Assembly: GCA_002633005.1 (NCBI GenBank)
Contig: NMRA01000098.1
Location: 701,186-765,185 of the forward strand
DNA length: 64,000 nt
Origin: Phoronis australis
Taxonomy: Eukaryota > Animalia > Phoronida
Direction of reading: 5' to 3'
Below the pieces are notes generated by a model. The model worked only from the letters and a program-made list of their open reading frames with translations, was not told the DNA's origin and searched no databases. This document shows, in pieces, positions 37,601 through 49,600 of the stretch. Each line of letters starts with the position of its first letter. Within the stretch, counting starts at the first letter, position 1. A program made the translations under genes and the position numbers.

Positions 37601-40600
37601 TTAAAATAATAAAGATAATGATGAAAAATTTGCAGTGTGAGTGGCAGGAGCTTATTCTTGATTTGCTGCAGGGAGACCTATTAAATTATTTTCAATTCTT
37701 ATAATTACGATACAAAATTACAAAAAATGAGAATCGATCCATAGATTATCTACAAAGGCTGAAGTACAATAATTCCAACAAACAATTTAATTCCAACACA
37801 AATGGAAAAAAGTCAAGACAAAAACCTGAGGCTCATGCCCCAACTGTTAGCATGGAAAAATGAAAAGCCAAAAATAGCATACTTTAAACTATAGAATGCA
37901 TCAATCACAATCCTAAGTTGGCCAAACTTTTCAGTTTCAAACAGTAAATACAGGAGTTAATTGTTCATAAGCCACACTGGTGTAGAAGAAACTATGTGAC
38001 AAGAAATAACTACCAGGACACTGAAAATAGGCTGGCAGAATTTGTAAACAATGGCTTAGACCAATCAGATCATTCAGTATCTGTCACGCGATCACTTCTC
38101 TCGAACTGCAAAACTTGAGTCACAAAGTAGAACACGTAAAATGTCAAAACAAATTGAAATACATAAAAGGCAATTTAAAACACATTTGCAGTAACGAAAA
38201 TTGCACTTTGTATCCCGTTTTGGCGGCACATAGAAAATCGCACTCAGGTGGTCAGGCCTAGCACTAACAGTAGCAGCCAACGGCAACGGGCGTGCATGCG
38301 GGATCAAACAAAAGAATTTCATACATCACTCACATTTCACGATTCCAATCCAACGAATAACCGGTTACGGTTGAATTTCCTTTTAGGAAGCGTTATTTCT
38401 AGTGTTTTATCGTTTTCAGTCGGTCCTCCGACTCCAACTTAGTCCAAGGCGACTCGGTCACACACTCCGTAATTGTTCCTCTCTCAAAGTTTACAGAGCA
38501 CAAACATTGGTTTGTGAAGACATTGAGCATTTCTTTTATCCACTTTTTCCACGAAATATTCAGTCTACTCCATGCATTTTTGACCGCAGAATCGCTTTAT
38601 TTGTCACCGCGATTTTATACAAAGTACAGAGGCCATTGATGAACCACGCTATCCCAGGCACAGGCAATTGAATTTATCTGTTCCTATTTTGCCACTGATG
38701 TCACTCACTACTAAGGAAAAATGTTTCTTATATATGGTTACGAGTCATCGGGAAATTTGAGTGCCTGTGATCCGCAATTACAATTTTCGTTCCTCCAAAA
38801 CATAAAGAGCAGTTTTCGCTTTTCGAGTCGTCAGCAATGCCGCAATGAGAAACCAATTTATCGCGATAATTTTATGGCAAATGTCGATTTTTCTGTGAAA
38901 ATATAACAAACATACGCGGATCGAATAAGAGAAAAAAGTGGAAATCCGAATTTCTGCGGACAATTCTAAGCCTTGATTAGCATAAATGCGACCTTCCCAT
39001 AACTCGTTCCACAAAATGCTTAATGTGAAAATTGATACACTCAGCTTTTCAGCTTCTGAAATTTGCCTCATTGAGATACAAGAGCAACGCGAAGCGTTGA
39101 AATTTGCCCACAAATGCACTGCAAACCATCTGCTTCTAAAGTTGTTTAATTTCTATCATAAAAATAGTCATTAGATGGTGCAAAACGTCCAATCCATCTG
39201 AAAACAGAACATGCCATCGCTTCTTTAATAGAAAGCTATTTACCAAATTTCATAAAAATCTGTCAAGGAGCTTCAGAGAAACAAAGGAAAACAAAAAAAT
39301 GAAATTCCCACAAGGGGACAAAGCGTCCATCTGAAAATTGTTGTTGTCTATTGTTAGCTTCATATAAATACACTTACTAAGTTTAATAAAGATCCTGCAG
39401 TGGGTCTAGGATACAGCTATGGGCGCAAAACAAAACTACCACTAGGAGGCACCACACTATTCAAAGACGTCATTGTCAACCGTCCTCATCAAACTGAGAA
39501 CATATACGCCAATTTTCAAAATCATCTTTAGAACGGTTTGGTTGATAAAGAGGTGGACGCTAAAAAACTCGAAAACAGCAAAAATGGGCACTAGGTGGCG
39601 CAAAATACCCTGAATCCAACTGAAAACGAACATGATGGCGTCACCTCACCAATACATGTCTGTATTCCTAATTTTATGAAAATGCGTTCAGGACCTTTGA
39701 ATATACAGAGGTAAATGTTAAAAACTATAATTACCACCAGGGGGCACATTGGTAGTCAGATCCGTGCGAAAGTTATCGTCAACTGTTGTCAACATCATAA
39801 AAAGATACTTGCTTTGAAGATACAAAGGTAAACATAAAAAACTAAAATAACCACTAAGGGGTGCAACTGTACAATGATTGATGCGCGAAAGTCATCATCG
39901 TTCCTTGTCAACATCATATAAATATACTTGCTACATTTAGTAAAAGAACCTGCTAACGGTTTAGGAGGTACAGCCATGAGTGCAAAAAAAAACTGCCACT
40001 AGGAGGCGCCACAGTAGTTGAAGTCATCGGAAAATCATCGTCAGCCGCCCTCTTTACAGTAAGAACACATATGCCAATTTTCAAAATCATACCTAAAGTG
40101 GTTTGGTTGATAGAACAGCGGACGCCAAAAAAACAGACTTGAAAACAGCAAAAATGGCCACCAGGTGACGCAAAGTACCATGAATCCGTCCGAAAACGAA
40201 AGGATGGCTTCATCTCACTCATAGATGCCTAACTGCCAAATTTTATGAAAATCCGTTGAGGACATCCAAAGATACAGAGGTAAGCATAAAAAACTAAAAT
40301 TGCCACTAGGGGGCACACTGGTAGTCGGAGAGGTCCATAATTTGTCGTCGTCCATCCTCAGCTTCATAGGAACACATCTGCCATATCTCATCAACATCCT
40401 CTGAGGGGTTGAGGAGATACACCTGCGGACGCCAGACGCCCAGACAGAGATGACGGCAATATGCTACCACATATAAATATGTGGGGGCCAAAGATTATAC
40501 ACAACAGATTCGCAACTCCAACATTTTCTTCTGTACTATCTAAGAGGTGGCGCCACTCTCCTAAATTAACTGGTTCATTTTGCGGTTAGTGTATTGCGAC

Positions 40601-43600
40601 AGGAAATTCTCGCATCTAAGTTTACTGTCGAGTACAATGAAAACAAAATAATAATTTCGGCATTTAAACTCTGTTCAAAATCTTAAAATAGCAGAACTGT
40701 TGGTATCGTGAGTACTTTTAGCAATGCTACTGCCACCCGACCACACAACAGCCGGCCAAAATTAGCAGATGATGTACTTGCCGGAAATAACTCCAGATAA
40801 TTGGGCCAGGTTTCGCTAATGAATAATGACGTAACAGCACAGATTTTGTCCATTGAAAGTATACGGAGTTGGCGGTCCATGTACTATAGTCTATGGTGGG
40901 CGCATAAGTCTGTTCGAATCTTCCCTTAAAAAAATTTCTAGATACGGCTGTAGTTTACGCACTCAGCCCTACAGTGAAGCCAGATTCCCACCTACTCGTG
41001 TAAAACCTAAAAGCTCAACACACAAATGATTTAAAACACTGGCTGCAACAACACAACACAACACGGTCCAGTTCACACTCTTATGGTTTCTTACCTGTGC
41101 AAAAACTGTGTAGATTTCTGCAGTTCCTCCATTACTGATCCAGATCTTACCGCCATTTAGGACATAGTGGGAGCCATCCGCTGACAGCACAGCTCGGCTA
41201 CGAATGGACTGGAAGATCAATGGCAAACACTATGATACAATCCACATCGAATGAACAATTCATAAAACAACTACCTTGGTATACCTTGAAACAGTAGTAC
41301 GCTAAGTTCAAACCTAGCCAGGACAATCGTATTGATACATGACTCAAATGTATGCATTGTTTTTTCGAATGCGTACAGGAATCAAATAGTTCTTTGAAAA
41401 CGAATATTCTTGGGCCTCAATTCTATGAATATTGAGTCTGTAGGTGCCTCGAAAGGGGTCACACTACTTGACCTAACAGGAATAAGGTCATGAGTCAAAC
41501 TACCTGACAGTAAGAAGGTCATCTCTGGTCCCGACAATGGCCTGTGTCCTCTATGTAAAGAAGTATAAGATAGCACAGTACAAGACACAAATATTGAGAA
41601 AAAATGACAAGGAATTACCCATCATGATGTCTAGACACAAGACAAATTCACAGACATTGTAGCTGTCCATTGTGACTGGCAATAAAACTGGATTTAGTGA
41701 AATGGAAGCTGTTCTGTCATTAGAAAGTTGCTGCAATGACAGCTTATAGTCAGTTGTTTTAGCTGTGAAGTGCATTAGTCTTCATGATGGAATGTATTTT
41801 GTCCAATAACTGTTCTGTGCACTGTATGTACCAGATTAATGCATGCTTACAGGCACTAGATTCAGCACACAAATAAGGCCTTATCACAAGCAAATTGACA
41901 ATACTACAATTTTGAATGGTAACCAACATCAAAGACATTAACTCATATACATTGTCAATAGCAAAACAAAGATTTCAATAAGTTTTCTGTAGTACCAGGC
42001 ATGTGTTAAATGCTGATTAGTTAATAAACAGTATTAATTCACTTATCACCAAACACCTGTTGATTAACCAGTAAACATTAGGCACTTACACTGGCATCAG
42101 ATCCACTAGAGGGCTCTGTGAGTGAGAAAGCCGCCAGTTTCTCACCAGTGGCCAAGGAAGGTAAATACTTGGCCTTTTGTTCATCTGTGCCGAACAGGAG
42201 AATACCTTTGAAGCCAATTGACTGCAATGAAAGAGTTCAAAAAAGTTCCTTGGACAAATACAATATAGTAGAACAACAACAAAAACATTAAGTCTAAACA
42301 CACCAGTTCAGAAAATGCATAGTAGTTCTGAACATTACTGTTAAAACAGGAACATTATTTTTATAACATGTGAACAGTGAACGCCATTAACTATTATTTC
42401 AATGAAATAAAAAGAGAAACACTTGACAATTTTAATTAATTAATTAACATTTATCTGAAAGTCATATTTTGATTCTATCAATCCAATATTTGATTGCACT
42501 AGATGATGAGCAAGCTAATGACTAATAAGATTGCAGAACAAAATTAAAGTATTTTAGACAATATACCATTATGCTACTGTAATGTTTTTGTTGTAAACTA
42601 AATAAACATCTCCAAATGTGTTCTTTTTTGTGCAGAACATGGCAGGGCAAACTAGAATTTGTCATGAAATTTAGAACTTTGATGTGAGTTGACTTAAATG
42701 TAAGTTAATGTTGTATTGCGTTTCCTAAAAGATTGACTGAAACATTGAGCAGCTGGGTACAATGATGTCCCCTGGTAAAATTCAACAACAATGCTACTTC
42801 TTGTAGCAACAGTGTCATTCCATTCTCACACAATTATCGCATGAAGTGCATCAAAGTTGTTTTAGAGCATCCAAAGCTGCACCAATTCAAGATGTTTTAC
42901 TAGTTACCTGATGAGCCCCAAGGGCGATTCCCACTCCTAAATCGTGCGCACCTACAATCTCAACCAGGCGGGCGTACTGAGTATTGCCAAGTCCAATGCC
43001 ATCTAAAAACAGTAATTTTTTTAGTTTTCAAAATGAACGTAAGTCAACAATTAGTGGCTAGACGTAATAATGTCACATTTAAATTCAACAAAAGTTCGAC
43101 AAAAAATATTTTGTAGCGACGAAAGTTCGGCTAAACTGCCAAACAATTCTGACAAGATCTTTATCCAAGTTAGGTGAAGTCTAGCAGAGTTCTGTCTAGT
43201 TTATTATGAAAACCACTGATTGTAATCATTAAGGAAACAAAGAAACCTTATTATGTACGGACATGTCCATTAGGGAGACAAAGAACATTGCAATATCTTT
43301 AATAGGTAGACAAAGAAGTCACAGATATCCTATTGCATGACAGTCTTAAGCACTTATGAATATCCTAAATATAAAGACAATGACGTCTCAAATACACTCA
43401 TTATTGAGACAGAAATCATGAATATCCTAATTGGAAGATAATTAAAGAAGTCATCAACCAAAGCACATATTAAGAGCCCCTAATTCCTTAATAACCTAAG
43501 GAGTAATTGAGGGATATTAAAAGTTAACAGTATCAGCAAACTACAAGTAATCGCCATCATCAGTGGTATAACACGTCAAGTGTAATAACTTCCGCAAAAA

Positions 43601-46600
43601 ATGTTAGCAATACACACGATATGAATGGAACAAAACTTGGATTTAGGGATCCTCTACACCAACTTCTGGCCTATACAGACACGAAGTGTTGGTTGGTATT
43701 TCTCCCCTCATCTTTACAAATTAGTTTTACCGAACGCCTGTGTGTGGTTTTCAATAAATGTTTAACATCTGAAGATGGCAGGAGACATGACTGAACGAAA
43801 AATCATACCAGTGCAAACAGAATAGAAGTTGGTGTGAATAAATAGATTTCAGAATTGATTTCAAGGTTCACCTTATCAAAACAAACTGCATTTAATGATT
43901 TGTCAGAGTTCCACACTCACGGTAATCAACAGGAACCTGTAGCCCAAAAGCACCAAGGTCTTTCAGTCCCTGTTCTGTCGCCTCCTCTAATTTCTCCAGT
44001 TCATCATTCTTAGCAGGGTCATTAACATTCTGTACAATGAACAACAAGTGGTTCATGAACAAGTGGTTCATGAACAAGTGATCCATGAACACATAATTAA
44101 CTGTCTATTTAGCAAAATATCTAAAAAACATAGACTTTGACTTAGTAAATGTTCTGAACTTGGAAAACATGAATAATTTGAATTCTGACTTTTTTAACAA
44201 TCTGTCATTAATTGAAAATGCCTTTTTGGTAAAATTTTTCAAAAAGAAAGGTACATTCATAACAGAAAAATGGTATCAATAACATGACAAAATTTCATAT
44301 GATATAATGCTCAAAATGAAGTTCCAGAAATCCTCTTACGGTTTTCTAAATTATCATTTTGTTTCCGGTTTAGGGCTGTTCCAGCAAAATCTGTATGGGA
44401 GGGGAGGGGGAAGGCACTTTTATTTCGTACCCACCGCCCATATTTTTCATTTATTTCTCCAACCCATAATTTTTTAATTATTTTTAATAGGTTAAAATAT
44501 AAAATCCAACACTTGCAAAGAAATTGCCTCCAGGAGGACCTGTTAAGAGCTTAGATGATTGACAGACAAGAACTAGTTGTCTTATCCAATATTGTCAAAA
44601 ACTAAAGTAGTCTGTGAGCAATACTTTTGGCAGCCACCAGGTGTCTCTGTTCACCATGTGTCTATAATTTCAATGAACATTTTTTCATAAATTTTATAAG
44701 GGTCTACGAATCTCAAACTGTCTCCACGAACTCTTTTATACTTCTACGTCAAGTGAATATTGGAACTTGTTTATCTTACTCCTCATACTTTTTATTTAAA
44801 AATCATCAATTTTCTTATATGTGTTAACACCAGTTTAGTGTTGCATAACTTTTCAATTCAATAGGACTGCAGACAAACAGTTGGCTCAAATCAAGTTGCC
44901 CATGACTTGATTAATGGCTTAGTGAACATATTGCACGCTGTTCACTGGCAATATGGGCTTTTTTGTATTGGGATAAGTTAGGATATATGCCAACTGCATT
45001 TTTTTGAGTTTTGACAGCTGAAGTAACCAACCTGTCAACATTAACAGGTCAAAAAATACCACCCATTTTTAATGCATCACTTCTTACAGGAACGACCACC
45101 CATAATTTGATTTTTTTTCTGAAAACCACCACCCATGAATTTCTATTTCTACTGCCGTCCCCCCCCCCACACGGATTTTACTGGAACAGCCCCTATCAGT
45201 TTTGATTTTCCATTAAAACCAAGCATATAACAGTAATAAAAACAAAGATGGATTTAAACCGGTTTGACCTGTTTCGGCGTTTATTAAAACATCATCATCA
45301 TCAGAAAAAATTTGGCCACCTTGCTAGACCCAACAACAAGTAATGATACACAGACACAGCCAGTTACAGGAGAGTAACAGTAGACTAGACTAACAATGAC
45401 AACCTGTGGTGTGTCAGTTGCACAATATAAGTGCTAACATTTGATAAACCCACTTGCAAATGTTTTTAAAACAATTCCTAACAAGTTGCATGCCAATCCA
45501 ATCACACATTTCTGAGATACAACCTTCCAAACATAGTCCTACTTGGACATTTTTTCTAAGGTCTTGTATAACCTTAAAGCAAGTTTGAGTAAGAACATAT
45601 CGGGGTCACAACTCAAATGAAATTGCCACAAGGGGACACATTGATGGCCAGATTTGTCCAAGTTGTTGTTATCAGTTTATCCGTTATCAAATTCATGGAC
45701 ACACAAAAAACAAAACTGCCACCAGGAAGTGTCAAAGTAGTTTGGCCAGTCTGAAAATCAATGTCAGTCATAGTCTTCACAGCAGGTACATAATTTTCAT
45801 AATGCTTCTTAAATCGGGTTGGCAGAGAAAGATGCTGATGCTCATAAATAATAGGACACCAATCTCTAAAAATTCATGAAAATACATAAAAAGAGATTCC
45901 AAAAACATAGAGGCAAAAAAATGCAAAATTCTAAAAATTGCCACAAGAGGGTACACCAGTACTTGGATTCATCCAAAAGTCTGTCATCTGCAATCATCCT
46001 GACAAAAAAACATCTACCAAGTGAAGATCCTCCGAGATGTTTTGATGATACAGGAACTGACGCCAAATGCCCAAACACAGATGAAGGCAATGCGCACCCA
46101 CATTATATTTACATAATATATGTGCGTGCATAAAAACTTATCAGAAACATATTTCTTTCAGGTATTTACAAGCATTATAAAGTCAAAGCTTATTTCGTTC
46201 ATTTCTGGTCTTATCTATGTGAAGTGCCCAATGTGTTGAGATAATGCTGCATCTCACCTGCATAAACTGGGCTGTTGGCTCAATCAGATGCTGAAGAGTT
46301 TCCACCTGTTCTTCGTCAAGCGCTGCACAGAAAGTAATTCAAACACATTAAATTAACACTAAAGCTCTGTTCACACTACAAGTTGTCACACTTACATTAC
46401 GTTTGGACACACACACTGACATGCAGTTTGATGTGGCAATACGTGCCAGATTCCTCTTTGCTCTGTATCAAAGCACTTTTCACGCATGATTAACGCACTG
46501 TTCGCGAATGAAATGGTTTGCAATTGCAAACTGTGACACGTCAAAAGTTACACACTGCGCACGCACATCCAACAGGGTGAAGATGTACTCAATGATGTCA

Positions 46601-49600
46601 TGGCGAACAGTGACATCTATTGTCTGCAATCACCAAATGCACTTTGTGACTTACTCACACGTGGTTCACGCTTGATTCCAGCAAATCAATGTGTGCCAAA
46701 TTTTTAAACATTTCAAAATTCTCTCTATCACATTGCATGCACTATTGCACAGTTCACAAACATTTCACTCTCTAGGCACTGCAAGAGAAAACTGCAGTCC
46801 ATCTGTGCGTACACATGGATGGGGGGAGGGGCTTGGTGTTGTCATATAACACCATTCTTGGTCTAATTTAGTTCTGGTAATGAAAGCAAGGTGCTTTTTG
46901 GCATCGCCTGGTGATTTAAATATTTCTTAGTTACTGGTATGAATTGCCCTAGAACAAATTACTCTTCTGTGGGTGCTACATGCAACGCGTTACAAACTTG
47001 CTAACAACGCAGAAGCAAATTACCAACTGCACACTTGCAAAGGTTCTATCATCCAGGCAACGTCACTGGATGCCTTCACTTCCATGCTATCTAGATATAT
47101 TTTCTTCTAATCGTAACAAGTTCACATTTTGCTCACCTTTTAGTCAATTTAAAACGTTGCATTCTAACTTGAAGAATGTGCTTTTCCTGTCAAGTGCCAT
47201 TACAAGATTCTCAGGGACATTAACAAGTTTAAAAGAAAGTTTAAGTCATGCTTTCTGTTCATTGCCAATTGTGTTGTGCGAGTTTTCAGAGAGTTAAAAT
47301 AGCACTACCTGCTTTCCTATGTCTTTTGGCTGGCTTAGATAAGTGATTTCACAAAAACTTGAACTTTTGTGGATATATTTGCAAATTTTGTCACAGAATA
47401 CGGGTATTATGCTGTTGCTAAATAGTTAAAACAAGCTTTATTAGTAGCGTGAATTGGCAACAAGGTTGTTTTTCTGAAGGGGTTTTGCTGTAAGGGCTGT
47501 TCCAGCAAAATCTGTATGGGAGGGGGGGGGAGGCACTTTTATTTCGTACCCACCGCCCATAATTTTCATTTATTTCTCCAACCCATGACCCATAATTTTT
47601 TAATTATTTTTAATAGGTTAAAATATAAAATCCAACACTTGCAAACAAATTGCCTCCAGGAGGACCTGTTAAGAACTTAAATGATTGACAGACAAGAACT
47701 AGTTGTCTTGTGCAATATTGTCAAAAATTAAAGTAGCCTGTGAACAATACTTTTGGCAGCCACCAGGTGTCTCTGTTCACCATGTGTCTATAATTTCAGT
47801 GAACATTTTTTCAATTATAAGGATCTATGAATCTCAAACTGTCTCCACAAACTCTTTTATACTTCTATGTCAAGTGAATATTGGAACTTGTTTATCTTAC
47901 TCCTCATACTTTTTATTTAAAAATCATCAATTTTCTTATATGTGTTAACACCAGTTTAGTGTTGCATAACTTTTCAGTTCAATAGGACTGCAGACAAGCC
48001 CTTGGCTCAAATCAAGTTGCCCATGACTTGATTAATGGCTTAATGAACATATTGCACTCTGTTCACTGGCAATATGGGCTTTTTTGTATTGGGATAAGTT
48101 GGGATATATGCCAATCGTATTTTTTGAGTTTTGATTTCTTTGGAGATGTGTTGGCTGAATTAACCAACCTGTCACCGTTAACAGATCAAAAAATACCACC
48201 CATTTTTAATGCATCACTTCTTACAGGAGCGACCACCCATAATTTGAGTTTTTTTCTGAAGACCACCACCCATGAATTTTTATTTTTACTGCCGTCCCCC
48301 CCCCTCCCACACGGATTTTACTGGAACAGCCCTAACAAATAGGTGCTCCTTCCCATTTGAAATAAAATTTTCAGTGTCCTAGGTGCTAATTAGCAAGAGC
48401 ACAATAGCTGTAACACACTGAGACTGGGTATATTTAAATAACAAAGCATTTTAGCTGTAACTCTCATCCATTTAACAGCAACATTCCAAAAAAGCACACA
48501 CATGGATTTGAATTTGAATGCTAGATAAATCTAAAAATAATAATACGCAAAATCAACACATTAAAGACAGGAGGAAATACAGAACTCACCTTCTGGAAAT
48601 GGAAATACTTGATCTGCTGCCACGTTTCCACGAAACAGATTCATTACAAATGACTTGGAAACCTAAAGAAAACGAGTTTTGCAATGTAACAAATGTAACC
48701 ATAAAATGCAAGTATCAGGATGTGACACTAACTTTTTCGTTAACTTGTCTGTCAGGCAAATAAAGCAAAAATTTCACTTGCCTTGAGGAAAAACTTGCTT
48801 ACTCAAATTATTGAGTTGTAAAGCCTTCAAGTCAACAATAACCAAGACGTTAGCAACTTCGGCCGTGTCCCATTGGACTGCCTACACAAATTCGTTGTTT
48901 AAATCAACTAGAATATTGGGCATACTACTTTGAAATTTCAATTTGCCAGACAACAGAAGATACCTGTTAGTGTCAACTGTCAAGCCCTGAGTACAGTATC
49001 CGTATTAATATCAGTGGTTATTATGTCTAGACAGCCCTTATGAAAAGCACGGACTTACACTGACATGGTTACTTTCAAGTTCCTTTTAAATATCAAATTA
49101 GTAAATAAAACCACTGCCACCATGTTTTAAGAGTTACTGTATCATGCAAATGAGAGCAAAAGACACCAGATTGGAGGGTTGACGATTGAACGGCTATGTT
49201 GTTCTAGAATTTACAAGGATATACTTTATGTCCCAATCAACAGCAAAACAAACATGCAGTGCCATCTATGATGCTGGAACTAAACCAAGTAACAAGTGAG
49301 GCTCAAGTTATGTGAAACAGATATATAGCCAATATTGCACTGTAGTTACAGCGTTTTCCACAACAGAAATTCTAAATCAAATTAAAAATTTACTTGAGCA
49401 AGTTAACATATTAATTACGAGACTTTAAATTTAAAGCCATAATTCCCTTCAGTGAAAGGGCACTAAACCCAATGAATGACCTCCTAAACTTAACAAATTA
49501 AGAACAATCTGCCAAGAATTCGAACTCGGTGCTGTACTGTTTTTAAAATTCGAGTAAGGTGACCTAAAGTTGTCAAGACAAAATTTTGACTTGTTACCAT

